A stretch of DNA of 64,000 nt, taken from the human T2T-CHM13v2.0 reference genome, Homo sapiens. The notes beneath the pieces are model-generated. The model saw only the letters and a list, made by a program, of their open reading frames with translations, made no database searches and had not been told where the DNA came from. Position numbers and translations under genes: made by a program. Location: NCBI RefSeq assembly GCF_009914755.1, contig NC_060939.1; one strand, 5' to 3'. Shown piece after piece: positions 28,499 to 44,833 of this stretch. Position 1 is the first letter of the stretch. Every line of letters starts with the position of its first letter.

Positions 28499-30482
28499 GA
28501 TTTAGCTGGTAAATTTAAATTTTTAGCTCAGTATCCACCGAACTTTTATCTTAATTATCACTTTAACTGCTTATTACTTTCAGTTCAATAACCTTACTTG
28601 AGTTCTTGCTGCCAGATTCAGTTTTCAACAATTGTCCACACTACACTGAATTTGTCATCTATTGTCCCATTCATGTTAGTGACATAGACTCTGCAGGTAT
28701 GAACTGTCAATCATTGTTATCTTTATTTACAATGTAAGAATTACCTTCCAACTGATATGAAGTGCTCAGGGTGAAATTGCATTCATCTCCTAAGTCAGGA
28801 ATGGTATTTGAATTAATGTTAGTTTTAATTACTTAAAGGCTCATTTAAAATTTTGAATTTTGATGATATTCTTTCTTTAATTATTTTTATGACATTCACA
28901 CATTCTAAGATACTCTAGATTGTCCACTGTCATTGAAATGTTTGTCACTGAGGCAACATCATCTAGTTGCTAAAATTCTTCTTAACTGAATGAAAGGTAG
29001 GGAATAAGATGTGATCTATTTCTGGCAGAGTAGCCTGTTGCAGATGAATCCTTCCACCAAGAAACTGAAATATGTGGTCCAGATTTTTTTCAAAAGTTCT
29101 ATTTGAAGGCACTGGGGAGCCATAAAAGCAGTAGAAAGGAGAATACTGATGTGAGCCCAACATTCTAGAATTTTTCCTCTTGAGGTATCTGCCAATTCTG
29201 AAACAACTCAGGGCCAAGTGACTAGGAAGCAGGGTACAAAGTGGAGTCTAAGAGTCTGAGAGTCTGAACAAAGATTTTTGTAACCCGCAGAGCTGGGGAG
29301 ACAAACATTAAAGATTAGAGCTCAGCAAATAATAGAAGCCCTGGTAAACTCCCTAGACCTCTAGTTAGAACCAATAGGAAGGATAAACTCTATGAATAAA
29401 GATGAGCTGGAAATAAACCATTCCTCGCAAAAACTGAAACCAGTATTCAAACCACTCAACCCAAACTAAAGGAGATATGACCCTATTCTAACTGACTGTC
29501 AGAAAGAAAAAAATTAATCCTCCATGGAGGAAGATGTCAGGCAGAGTCTCAGATGATCTAAGTCATTTTCCATAAATAATATTTGACTCTCAATAAAGAA
29601 ATTACCAGGCATGTTAGGAGTTAGGGAAAGTGACTAAAAATCAAGTTTAAAAGAAAACAGGAAAAAAGACAAGTAGAGAATTACATGAGAATTTGATATT
29701 TTAAAGGGTCTAATGAAAATTCTAGAACTGAAAATGTATTATAAAAGTAAGGGCTCACTAGGTGAATTGAGCAACAGACTAGACACAGGAGAAAAAAGGA
29801 TTAATAAACTGGAAAAACAGGTTGATTAAAAATAGCCAGACTATGGATGAAGACAAAAAAAGCATGTAAATACATAAAAGATCATATAGAATATATGGTA
29901 TACCTTTAAAAGATCGAATATTTAGATAATTGGTACACCAGAAGAGAATGAGAAAAAGTATGGAGCAGAAGCAATATTTGAAGAGATGATAACTGAGAAA
30001 GAACATCAGAAAACTGAAAAAGGGCACAAAATTAAAAATTCAAAAATGTATTTGAAATATACATAGAGTTAAAATAACTATTTACAAAGAAAACTCTGAG
30101 ATCAGATGGCTTCCAGACCAGATAGACTAGATTATCTTTAATGACTCTCCTAGCCTTAAAATTGTAACTATAAATAATGGATGTATTTCCTTCATACATG
30201 ATAAAGCAGAGAAGAGCTGTTTCTCCTGTGCCCTGCCTAAATTCTCAACCCACAAAATTATGATTATTATAAACTGGTTGTTGTTTTACACACAAATGCA
30301 TACACAACCTTCCAAAGAAAATTTCAAGACAAGATGACTCCACTGGTGCATTATTTAAAATATTAAGGGAAGTATAACGGCCTTCAGAAAACAGAGAATG
30401 AAGACTTTCTAACTAGTATTAGGAGGCCAACATAACCTTGGTTCCCAAAACTGACAAGGTATTATAAGAAATGAAAATTCAA

Positions 30483-30825
<343 letters not shown>

Positions 30826-31197
30826 TCAAAATGATCTTAAATTGCAAACCAAGATCAAGGATATACTAAAAAGATAATACTTTGGTACCAATCTTAAGCT
30901 TATCTTAGGAATTCAAGATTGGTTTAAGATTCAGAACTTAATTCATCACATTAATAGAATAAAGAAGAAAAAGTAAAGGAGAAAAACTAAATAACTATCT
31001 TTATAGATGAAGGATAAAGTATGACAAAATTAACCGTGATTGATGATTTTTTAAAAAAATCTCCTAGAACCAGGCATTAAAGGGAATCTCCTTAATCTGA
31101 CAAAGGGTGTCTACAAAGCACCAACAACAAATACCATACTTAATCATCAACTATTACAATTTTCAGCAGAGATCAGGAGCAAGACTGTGATGCCTGC

Positions 31198-31560
31198 TGT
31201 CTTAGTGTTTTGTGTTGCTAAAACAGAATACCTGAGACTAGGCAATTGATAAAACATAGAAATTCATTTCCTCACAGTTCTGGAGGCTGGGAAATCCAAG
31301 ATCAATTTGCCAGCATCTGGTGAGGGCCTTCTTGCTGTGTCATCCCATGGCGGAAGACAAGGGGCAATAGAGAGAACAAGAACAAGCCATATTCATTCTT
31401 TTATAAGGAACCCGCTCCTGTGATAAAAATATTAATTCATTCATGAGAGAAGTGCTCACATAACCCAAACAACTCCCATTAGGACCCACTTCCAAACACT
31501 ACATCATTAGGGAACAAGTTTTTAACACATGAACTTTGGGGAACACATCCAACCATTGCA
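31198..31560 (-). mobile_element. MSTB/C-like MaLR solo LTR
   Basis: tgtcttagtgttttgtgttgctaaaacagaatacctgagact...aaccattgca; 5-bp TSD cctgc/cctga. Confidence 0.88.
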
Positions 31561-32447
31561 CCTGAGCTCTCCAGGCCTATTCAGCATTGTATTAGAGGCT
31601 GTGACCATGGTAATACATCACTAAATAAAAAATATATAGTCATATATATATATATAATAAATGTACATGGATTAGAAAAAATGAAATAGAAATTAAGCTG
31701 CTGTTATTCACAGACAACATGATTGTACACATAGTAAAAATGACAATTAGAATTAGTTAATGAATTTAGCAAAGTTGTTGGATACAAGGGCAGTATCATG
31801 AATAAACTGCAACACAAACCAGCAACAATTAAAAATGAATTAAACAAATGAAACTATGTAGAAGAGTGTCAAAAAATTCGAACAACTAAACATAATGAAT
31901 ATGAAAGACTTCTACAAATAAACATATATAACAGTATAAGAAGGATGTAAAGAAGACATAAATAAGTGGAGGACACTTATTTAGGCACATGATACATGGA
32001 TTGGAATGTAAATTTGTTGATTTTTCCAAGTTGACCTAAATTCCTGCCAAGATATCTTTTTGTGTGTGTGTGGGTGCGTGGAAATTGACATCCTGAATTT
32101 TGAAATTTGTATGGAAATACAAATATAAAGAGTAGTTAGGATAAATTTGAAATACTTCTACCATCAAATATCAATACTTATTATAAAGGCACTGTAATTA
32201 ATATATTAATTAGTAAATTAGTACAAGGATAGACAAGTAGACTAATGGAACAGAATGGGAGTCCAGGGATAGATCCATACATATATGGACACTTGATTTA
32301 TGACAGAGGTGATACTACACAGCAGAGGAAAAAATGAATGTGTTGACAATCAGTGATGCTGTGTCAACTGGATATTCAGGTGCAAAAACAAAACAAAATA
32401 AAACAAAACTTAAACCTTCCTTTAACACACATACAAAATCCAATTGT

Positions 32448-32781
<334 letters not shown>

Positions 32782-33307
32782 TAGAAGATATAGGAGAATA
32801 TCTCTTCAAAGTTATTCATTTTGGCAAATATTTCTTATAAATGACAAAGTAGATACACTGGACACTATTGGGAGAATGGAATGTCAAGCCACAGAATTGG
32901 AGAATGTATTTTAATCTGTTTTACCAACAAAAGATTCATATTCAAAATATATAAAGAGTAAATAAATAAGGAAAAGATAGACAATTCAATATAAAATTGG
33001 ACAAAAGATTTGAACAGATGCTTTCTAAAACATATGATAATCACCAGGAAAATGCAAACTAAAGCCATAATAAGATACCACTTACACACTTAGAAGAATA
33101 TGTAAAATTAAAAGGATTGACCAGACCAAGTATTGGTCAATTATGGAGAAACTGTAACCTTCACACCCTCCCAGTAAGAGTGTAAATTGGTGAAAGTACT
33201 TTGCGAAAGTATTTGGCAGTACCTGCTAAAGCTGAACATACTCATACTTTGTGACCCAGCAGTTCTGTTCCTCAGGATAGATATATCCAACAGAAATGCA
33301 TACATAC

Positions 33308-33481
33308 GGGGCGAGGGGAGGGAGAGTATTAGAAAAAATAGCTAATGCACGCTGGACTTAATATCTAGGTGATGGGTTGATAGGTGCAGCAAACCACTGT
33401 GGCACATGTTTAGCCATGTAACAAACCTGCACATCCTACACATGTACCCCGGAACTAAAAATAAAAATTAAAAGAAAAAAA
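33308..33481 (+). mobile_element. Older L1PA extreme 3' end
   Basis: ggtgatgggttgataggtgcagcaaaccac...catgtaacaaacctgcacatcc..catgtaccccggaact(A-rich). Confidence 0.88.
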
Positions 33482-33824
33482 TGTATAACATAGGTTCACC
33501 AGTAATAGCCATGTTGAAGAATGCTCACAGCATCTTTATTTATAATAGCCAAAAATTAGAAATGATCCAAATGTCGATTGATAGTAGAATGAATAAATAA
33601 ATAAAATATTTTATAGCGACAAGATAAATGAGTCTCTTCTATGTGCAAAATGTGAATAAATCTCATGAAAATAATATCGAGCAAGAGAACTACATGATTT
33701 CATTTATATGAAGTTCAAAACTAGACAAAGCTAATTTACAGTACTGGAAATCAGGAAAGAGGTGACGTTAGCAGAAAAGTACTGTAGGGACTTTAAATAC
33801 AGTGACCTCCCATCCTAGTTTTCT

Positions 33825-34798
<974 letters not shown>

Positions 34799-35089
34799 TG
34801 ATGGTTACATGGCAATCACTTTGTGATATGCCATCTGTGATAAACTACTGTGACATGTTGTTCTTTTCTTTCAAATATGCTTCTGTAATAGATTTATTAA
34901 GCAGCTCAACCTACCTGGCATTTATTGATAAATGTAGAATAATGTAGGGGTATATGGGAAACTACTTATGCTCAAATAATTTATTGATTAACATGTGCTT
35001 TTTCTGCTGATTAAGAAGGCAAATTGTCATCAAAGTGACACTTATCACTACTTTGCATTCAATTGGCATCTTCTCCCAGGGAGGTACTC

Positions 35090-35430
35090 CTCCAGGGGCT
35101 GTGAATATAAAAGTGAACAATAATCCTATCTTCAGGTAGCTTTCATTCTAGTGGCAGGGACAAGCTATAAGCAAATAAAGACATGTATTATATAACATTC
35201 TGTTGGGTAGTGATATGTGTAACAAATAAGAATAAAGAGGTCAACATAGTAATGAGACTGACGTTTAGGAAAGGGTGGTCAGACAAGACCACCTTCAATG
35301 AAGGTGAGATTTCAGTAAAGACCTGCATCACCTCAGGTAACAGGAAAATACCTTGGGAAATGAGGAAAGAAAAATTCCAGAAGAAGCAATGAGTATAAAG
35401 TTTCTGAGATGAGAGCACAAGTGCTCCATC
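35090..35430 (-). mobile_element. L2 fragment
   Basis: tcctatcttcaggtagctttcattctagtgg...ggtggtcagacaagacc. Confidence 0.6.
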
Positions 35431-37269
35431 CCTCATGAGCACATATCACAAGTGAAACTATTCATTTAAAGTTTTCCTTTCCCACCATCCACTAGTAGCT
35501 CCACTGAGACAGGGACTGTACCTGTCTTGTTCACCAACGTTTTGTGAGCACCACTATCATGAACGGAGCATAAATTTGTTCAATAAGGATTTTTTATAAA
35601 AAGTAAACTCAAAAACTCATTTTAATATATGCTTTGATTTGTTTCTAGGCCATCTCTTCTGCCCCTGGAATTGATCTGTTCATTTGTGCATCAGTCCTAC
35701 ACCGTTTGAATTACTGTGGCTTTACAGTTTGTCCTGACAACTGGCAGCAAAGTCACAGGAGGCATAATTCTAGCAGTGGGCTATGCCCGGAGACACAACT
35801 GTTAAATAAAAATAGACAGACGGTGTCATTGTCCTCGTGAGGGTCAAACCCTTGTAGGATTGTGGAGGTGAAAAAGCTTAATTTCAAAGAATAAATTGGC
35901 AGTTTAGTCTATATCTGATGAGTAAATGCATAAAAGCAGAAAATGAGTAGAATTCTTTGTAAGGGTGGATAAACAGGTTTGCAGGTCAGACGCTGGCAAA
36001 TCCCCAAGATGAGGCTCAAGGTTTTTATCTGAGACTAGCTTCTTGAGAGCCATTGTGGGTTCTAAAAAGGGCGTGCTATTTCCAGTCTCGATACCAAGTG
36101 GTGAGTGTTAGCATCTGTGACACAGAGCCCAGAATAAACACCTACTGAGATTGTATGACCAGTGTGATGCACGGTGTGACCTGTTCATCTGATCCTCCTG
36201 CAGTAGCAGCAACAAACAGCTCAGATCATTCCTCTGTGCCCTTGCTTTGAACCAGTGCCGACCCAGGACCCAAGGTTTAAGTGTGGATTTAAAAATTTAA
36301 ACAGCTATCTGACACGGTTCAGAGGCAATAACCCAGGTATGCCCCCATCGGCTGGGGCTTGCTTCCCCACCGCCCCAATGTGGATAATGTTGCTGGCTGC
36401 CTCAGATTTTGGGGGTGACATGGCAGGAGGTGAAAATGTCACTGTTTTTTGGTCAAGAGAGGATATCAAGGCAGGTTTAGAAAGTTCGTTAGCCCCAGTG
36501 TGCAGCAGAGCAATAAGACATGTATTGTCTTTGCACCTCAGTTGCAAATATTTCCAATAGTTTGTGTTTATGTTGCATTCTCTCACCACAAGCTTCCAAT
36601 TCAGGGGATAAAACTAGGCCTTTCATAGTCAACTTTTTGGTGTAAATCTCAATTCTAACTGAATTTCTATAGCCCAAATCATGCCCTATATGAGCTCAGT
36701 AGACTGTTTAAATAAATGAAATTGCTTTATAATGCAAATAACTACCCAATTTTGTACATTTTATTTTTCAAAGTTTTGCTTTTTTAAAGCAAGATATAAC
36801 TGTGGATGGCCTTCCTGCAGAGGGACGGGCATGTGCAGTGTCTTAGCTGAAGTCTTAGGAAGGCGGGAGGGAAGCATAGCCTGTTTCTGGATTTGTCAGC
36901 ATGCTGTGAGCCTAGTGTGCTCTCATCATCTGAGCCTCATTAGCATCTTCATCCATTTGCGTTCAGATTCTCTTCTTGCCCAGAGATGGGATTTCTCCCA
37001 GGGCTTTGGGATGAGAAATCATCCCTGGCACCTTCCTAGATTCTCTGTCTTCCTCCTGGAAGAAATAAAACCAGCATGGATAAGTGTTTTGGTGCCGCAG
37101 CCAGCACTCCCAGCATGCTGTGGGGTCTCAGCCTCCCCCACCCGAGCTGGTTGCTTGACTCACTACTGTCAGGTACCAGATTGTGACCTTCTAGAGGGCA
37201 AGGAGACTACAGTGGTGGATGAAATGAATCAACGATGAATAAGGGAACCACAAGAAGTCGTGGGATCCG

Positions 37270-37490
37270 GTGAAGGCAGTGTGACAATGGAGTGAAGCTT
37301 CTGGGCTTAGAAATGATGGACCTCATTCAAGTCCTGTCATTCACAGCCGTTTGACATTTGCTAGTTACTTTGTCCCCTCTGTCTCCCTTTCTTCCTCTGT
37401 ATAGAGAGGCCTAATACTTCCTCCACAGGAGGGTTGCGAACATTGCACGGGATAGCATCAAATCCACAGCACCTTGACCCGCCAGCCCAT
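37270..37490 (+). mobile_element. MIR
   Basis: aggcagtgtgacaatgg...ctaatacttcctccacaggagggttgcgaacatt. Confidence 0.65.
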
Positions 37491-39221
37491 TAATGAGAAA
37501 ACCCACCCCTGAGAACTGTTTGTGCCTCAAGCCAGAAGACACCATGGCAACTGGCCTGCTCTCTTCTCTGAGGATTATCAAGACCCCTGCCTTTATCATG
37601 TTAGGTAGGCTCAAAGAATGAAGAGCAATGAAGAAAAATGTCTCACCTGTGCATCTTAACAAAAAAGTCTTCAGCACTCATACATCACTGAGCTTTCTGT
37701 TTACTGCCCTGTTTCTCAGACAGGCTCTGATCTTTCCAGTGAATCACTGCCTCCTAGCCCAGAGCTCAGTCCTGTTGTTAACAGTCTGTTCACTGCCTTA
37801 AAAACGAACTAACAAAATAATAGTTAATAAACTAACTTCAATCCATATGCTCATTGATTAAAGTACACCCAAAAAGGAGAATAAATTATAAGCGTAAAGC
37901 TCAATGAATTGTATCTTCCACTCCTTATTAATCCCATTGCTTCTAGCATTTATTCTTATTGTTGCGGGGCAGGAATAATCAATTATCTATCTATAGGTTT
38001 CACCTATGCTTCCAGTGTTGAGATTCCAGCATAAGGAGGAAAGAGTGTTTAACAAAAGTGGTAAGAAGTATGTGACAGCCGAAGTGATCAGGAGCTGGGA
38101 ACTCTGCTAAATAGGAAGAGACAAGAGGAAAGCAGACTAAAGCAAGTTAATTCGTGTCTATGGAGTCTCCCAAGTTCCAAGCATTAAATGCAGTAGAGGA
38201 TAAAGATTTAGAAAGAGACTAGAAATCAAGTTGAAAGACAAAGGACAGAAGGAAGTTCTGTAGATACTCATCTTGACCAAGTGACTGATGGAAGAATAGG
38301 ATTATTATCTGAGATGATTGTCATTGTCTTTATTCTGAAAGTTTAATGACAGTTAAAATGTCATTTGTGGTTGTGAATCAAACCTAGAACACACTAGAAT
38401 TTAGCTTTTCTTTGGAATCTAATCACAAATGCAAAATGACTAGGCTGATGGCAGTGGAATTCACCCCTATATGGTCTCATTTTTGAGAAGGGGCAGACAT
38501 ATAAGAAGAGAACTAGAAAAAAAAAAACAAAAAAAAACCTGCTATTAGCCAGATGCAAGAGGTCCCAGGAAATTCTTGTCAGGAATTCAAAGAGAGACTT
38601 AGGCATTTTCAGGCCATACTTGGGGATGAGGAGAGCAGTGATTTCCAACCTCCTTGGAGAATAACATCTTGTACCTATCACCTGGGTCTTTTCACTCAGA
38701 TCTCAGGAGATGTCCTGGGGCCCTCAGTACCCTATATTCAATAAATCCCCAACTCACTCATGCAGTGATAAACAGACATGGGGAAACCATCATTTTCCTG
38801 GACCTGAGAGGAGAATCTGTGGGAAGCCCAACTCCTCTATTACACACTACCTGGATGAGAGAGAAGATTTCAACCATAATATGATCCTACTTTTCTATTT
38901 TATTGAGCTCTTAAGGGGTTAAAATTTCACCTCTTCTTACCACCCAAGTTTAGAACCCGCTAAAAGAGAGACAAAAGGCAGAGAAACAAGAAAGTTTAAA
39001 AATTTTTCTTTGTTATTGATAAAGACCCAATGAATGGGCACAGCTTAGATGGAAAATGGTAAGATGTTCCTAAAACTGCATCCCCACCATGAATCAGAAA
39101 TACCCACCCAGCTGTAGGTAGCAATAGAAAACATCAGGTCTCCCCATCGAAAGAAGCAGTCTTGACTGCTAAACTAACCATTTGGCAGACAGCAAACTAA
39201 AGCACAGGTTTCCTCTCAGAA

Positions 39222-39369
39222 GAAAAGAGGAAGGAAGGAGGGAAGGAAGGAAGGGAAGGAAGGAAGGGAAGGAAGGAAGGAAGGAAGGAAGGAAGGAAGG
39301 AAGGAAGGAAGGAAGGAAGGGAGGGAGAAAGGGAGGGAGGGAGGGAGGGAGAAAGGGAGGGAGGGAGGG
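39222..39369. repeat. (GGAA)n/(GGGA)n polypurine microsatellite
   Basis: 13 uninterrupted GGAA units at 39267-39318 plus shorter runs, then GGGA units. Confidence 0.97.
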
Positions 39370-39498
39370 TCCTTTCTCTCAAATGCGCTTCTCAGAAAAA
39401 GCCACTCCCCTTCTTTCAGGGATAAGTAAGCCAGAAAGACGAGAGAGGCCAGGAGCATTTCTCTAGTGGAAATTCCTCCACACGGAGGGAAACATTAG

Positions 39499-39871
<373 letters not shown>

Positions 39872-40317
39872 ATATTTTCTTCCCATTTATTTGACTTCGT
39901 TCTTCTAAAGGGAAGGATCTACTTCTTTTCCTTCTTTCTGCTGTGCTTGAAACGCTGGATTAGAGTATGCACTGTCACACCAATGTTGATAATTAAGGGA
40001 TTTCCATATGTGCCCGGGAATGGCAAATGGCCTGAGAAGTGAGGAGAATACCACACACAGAATTCCCCAGCACTGTGGAATTCCCCAGCACTGCTGGCAG
40101 TAGGTCTTAGGTCCTTCACAGAAGCGCAAGGGAACTCTTTCAGAGGAATGTCTCCTTACAGGGATCACCAAATCATCTGAAGAGTGGCTGGCTGGGGGAA
40201 CAAGGGTAGCAGAGAAGAATGAAGGAAGCTGGTTGAAGGAGCAAGGAGGATGTAAGAGAATAGATGTGTTTCTAAGTCCACATCTAGATTTGAGCATGTA
40301 AGTGGGATATTTGACAT

Positions 40318-40570
40318 TGATTCGTTCAACAAATATTTGCCAAGCCCCTGTGAGAGCCAGCTTCTACTGAGGACTCAGTGGTGAACATGATCCAGTCCCT
40401 GTCCTCAAGGACTTTTCATTTTGGTTTGGATGGCAGCAAAAAATAGAAAATAAAAATAACAAATAAAGAAAGAACATGCTATTACTACAAGTAGTGACGT
40501 GTGCTATGAAAGAGAATAAAGCTGGGCGAGAGGACAGAGAGTGGTGTAGTTGTTGGGGCATGCATATTCT
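40318..40570 (-). mobile_element. L2 fragment
   Basis: attcgttcaacaaatatttgc...ccctgtcctcaaggac...gtgctatgaaagagaataaagc. Confidence 0.75.
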
Positions 40571-41154
40571 AGGTAGGGGCCCCTAGGTGGAGGAATCAAC
40601 CAGCAGCCATGGATTGGCACATGCCATTCAGTCTTGTCTCCCATCCCATCCAATGAGAAAATCTCAGCGCCGGATTCCCTGAAACACCTTCCCAGCATGA
40701 GTGTGAATATGTCAAAGAACAGAGAGTTTTCTAGGTTTTCACAGAAGCTGTTTCACTGCTGGACAGTTCTAAACATGTAATAAATGTTTTTCTTGAGCTA
40801 AAATCAACAAGTTGAAGTCCATATGCCAATTCTCATTTTGGTTTCTGGAACAACGCAGAATAAGGCCTCTTCCTCTTCCGTGTGCTGATAATAACAGCTG
40901 TTGTTGATTGAGAATGACTCTCTACATGGAGCCGCGCTTTCCAATATAGGCGAGCTCCGTAACCGCAGCAAGCATCAGTCTCTTCATTGGTAAATCAAGA
41001 GTAGCAGTGCTTGCTTCCCTGGGTTGTAATGAGGATTAAATTAGGTAATGCTTATATACACAGGAACTGAACCACATATTGACACAGCTGATCTCAAATG
41101 ATACCCAAGAGTCCTGAGCAAACTCTTCAGTGTTGGCTTCCTATCAGGTTCTTT

Positions 41155-41500
41155 GCATATTAACTTGTTTATCCAACACTTACTGAGCCCTGATGAGTGT
41201 CAGGCAGTGTTTCCAAAGCAGAGGATACAAAGATGAATCTGACATAGTATGTGCTTTTGGGAATGGCAAGGTCTAACGGGAGGGACAGGAGAGTAAACAA
41301 ATAATTACAGTTCAGCATAGAAAGTGCTATAATGAAGTGCTACAGAACTCAGAGCTTGGAGACACCAGCTCTGCCCAGGAAGAAGAGGCACTGCAAAGGT
41401 TTTGTAGAGGAGCTAATGCTTGATCTGAGTCCTGAAGATGGCCAGGATTTCCCAGGCAGATAATGAGAAAAGAGCTAGAAAGAGATGTAACAAAAAGCAT
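41155..41500 (-). mobile_element. L2 fragment
   Basis: acacttactgagc...gaggatacaaagatgaat...gatctgagtcctgaagatg. Confidence 0.7.
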
Positions 41501-42289
41501 CCCTAAAAAAAAAAAAAAAAAAAAAAAGGATGGCATTCAACCACTCAACAGAGTCTCCTTTTTTTTTTTCCCTGAAGTAAGATTAATATTGGAATTCTGA
41601 CTATTTTTGTCATCTTTATTACCAAAAGATAATTAAAAAGAAAGAATTGTTTAAAGGGTTTTAGGTGGGTGCATTAATTTTTTTCTTACCTAATTTGCTT
41701 ATCATAAATTGGAATGAAATGGAAAATATTTGGAATTTTTTAAAATGCAATTATTGTATACCTTAATATTCGATGCATAAAAATAATGCCATGTTGGTAT
41801 GATGTTTTGGTTTTTCCAAAACTAAGAACCAAAATACAACAATTAAAAAATGTTATATTTAATGGGAAGACCAAGTATAGTGGTTTGAAGAAAAACATTT
41901 CCACCACATGGTATACTGCAAGAACAGCTTCGTTAATTTAAACGAAACATAGAATTTCTTATCAGGTGCTTGTATTTCCTACAATTCATTAAAATAATTG
42001 CATGATTGCTTTTTAAAAATTCCCTTATCTGAGCACAACAGAACATTCTTGTAACCTACCTAAGAACAATTTCTTAGAAAAAAGATAAGAGAATTCAATA
42101 AGATGTAATATCCTACAATGGTCATAAGGTGATCCCATAGAAATAATAGCAGAATACAAAGGTAACTATCAATCTGGATCTCTTAAATTTCCTTTCAGCT
42201 CAGTGATTAACAATACATCACCCAAATCCTGTTAACTAAACAGGATTAATTAACAATCCTCTGAGTGTTTCAAGGGTCCGGCTGATGGT

Positions 42290-42432
42290 TTTTCCTGTGA
42301 CTTCCTATAGACTGTAAAGTCCATAAACACAGGAACCATGACTGTCACTCTCAGTTTATTCCCAGAACCTAGCATAGTGGCGTTCCACCCACACAGTAGG
42401 AGCCGAATAAACACTTACTGAGTGAATGAATA
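42290..42432 (+). mobile_element. L2 3' end
   Basis: tagactgtaaagtccat...cccagaacctagcatagt...aataaacacttactgagtgaatgaa. Confidence 0.75.
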
Positions 42433-42762
42433 ATATCATCAATTTTATATATTTGTAGCTTCAGGAACATTTAAAAAAGGCAGCCTACAAATACGGTACT
42501 GAGGACCAGTGGAGTCACAGCTTTCAGAGTAGACCAGAAATAATCAAGAACTCACCAGTCAATACATATATCACCAATATAGTTCATCAAATGAAGATCT
42601 ATTTGAGTCAGGAGCTTCTGTTGAAATTTAAAAACACTCTTAGAGATACAGATATACTGGTCACACTTTAATGCCATTTGCTTTAATCTTACACTCAACA
42701 ATAATTATTCAGACTGATATCTGAAATATAATTTTTTCACAAGTGTATGGATAAAGGTTATC

Positions 42763-43271
<509 letters not shown>

Positions 43272-44765
43272 CTAGTTAACCACAGTCTAACTTGCTGATG
43301 TTTTATCAGAGCTTAACTGAGTTGGGGAAAGGGACATACTAGCAATCCTGTCCCAAATAAAGGAGATGGGGCTGGGGGAGGAACTGAGGAGCACTTGAGG
43401 TTCACAGCCCAGGGGCACAGGCCCATTGAAAGACTCAGACCTAATCACAGGACTGTAAAATGCTCCCCCAATACCTTACCACCATGTTATGAAGGCCTAT
43501 TTCTAGCAGTTCTCTTTACCCAGTACATCCTGTCCAGCTATCCAGATAACAGTACAAGGCATACTAAAAGGCAAAAAACACAGTTTGAAGAGACAGAGCA
43601 AGCAAGAGAACTAGACATGGCAAGATGTAGGAATTAGCAGACAGAAATTTAAGACAATTATGATTAGTGTGCTAGAGGGTGTAATGGATAAAGTAGGCTG
43701 AATGCAGGAACACATGGACAAGGTAAGCAAAGAGACAGAAATCGTAAGAAAGAAACAAAAAGAAACGCTAGAGATATAAGACACTGTAACAGAAATGAAG
43801 AACACCTTTGAGGAGCTAATTAGGAGACTGGACATGGCTGAGAAAAGAATTTCTAAACTTGAGGATATATCAATAGAAACCTCCAAAACTGAAAAGGAAA
43901 GAGAAGGAAGACTGGAAAAACAGAATAGAAGATTCAAGAACTGTGGGACAATTTCAAAAAATGTAAATATGCAGAATGGGAATACCAGAAGGAGAAAAAA
44001 GAGAAAAAGGAATAGAAGAAATATTTGAAACAATAATGACTGAGAATTTTCCCCAAGTTAGTATCAGACACCAAACCACAGAGCCAGGAAGCTCAGAGAA
44101 CACCAAGCAGAATAAATTTCAAAAAAAATTACACCCAGGCAAATCATTTTCAAACCATAGAAATTCAAAAGTAAAGAAAAAGTCTTAAAAGAAGCGAGAA
44201 GAAAAAAATACTTTACTTATACAGAAGCAAAAATAAGAATTACATCTGACTTTTCCCAGAAACCACACAAACAAAAAGGGAACGAAGTGGAATATTTAAA
44301 GTGCATTGAGAAAAAAAAAACCAAAACAGCAACCTAGAATTCTGTGACCCGCAAAATTAACCTTCAAAAGTGAAGAAAAAAGAAAGACTTTCTCAGACAA
44401 AAAACTTGAGGGAATTCATTGCCAGGAGACCTGCCTTGCAAAAAATGTTAAAAGAAGATCTTTAGAGAGAAGGAAAATAATATGGGTCAGAAGTTTGGAT
44501 CTACATTTAAAAAAAGGAATAGCATCATCAAAGAAGGAATACACGAAGCTAAAATAAAAACTTTTTTCTTTTATTCTTAACAGATCTAACAGATAACAGT
44601 TTGATCTAAATATTAATGCAACAATGTATTTGATTTTGTGTGGTTACTTGTACAGATAGTCATGATTTTTCAGCATCATAATGGATTTATCAGGTTATTA
44701 AATGCAAAGTGATGAGTCTACTGGAACATAACTCCCTTGTAAGTTGAGGAGCATCTATATACCTT

Positions 44766-44773
44766 GTGTGTGT

Positions 44774-44805
<32 letters not shown>

Positions 44806-44833
44806 ATACATATATGTACATATATATATATAT
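44766..44833. repeat. (TG)n(TA)n compound microsatellite
   Basis: Direct inspection. Confidence 0.9.

Noticed and set aside
36732-37238. 168-aa plus-strand ORF in unique sequence
   Set aside because: No recognisable domain, promoter or splice context; composition typical of non-coding ORFs
39182-39466. Low-complexity ORFs (RKEG / PSFL repeats)
   Set aside because: Translation of the GGAA microsatellite
41505-41527. Isolated poly-A tracts (also ~63687-63708) as retro-insertions
   Set aside because: No TSD or element body visible; may be simple slippage expansions
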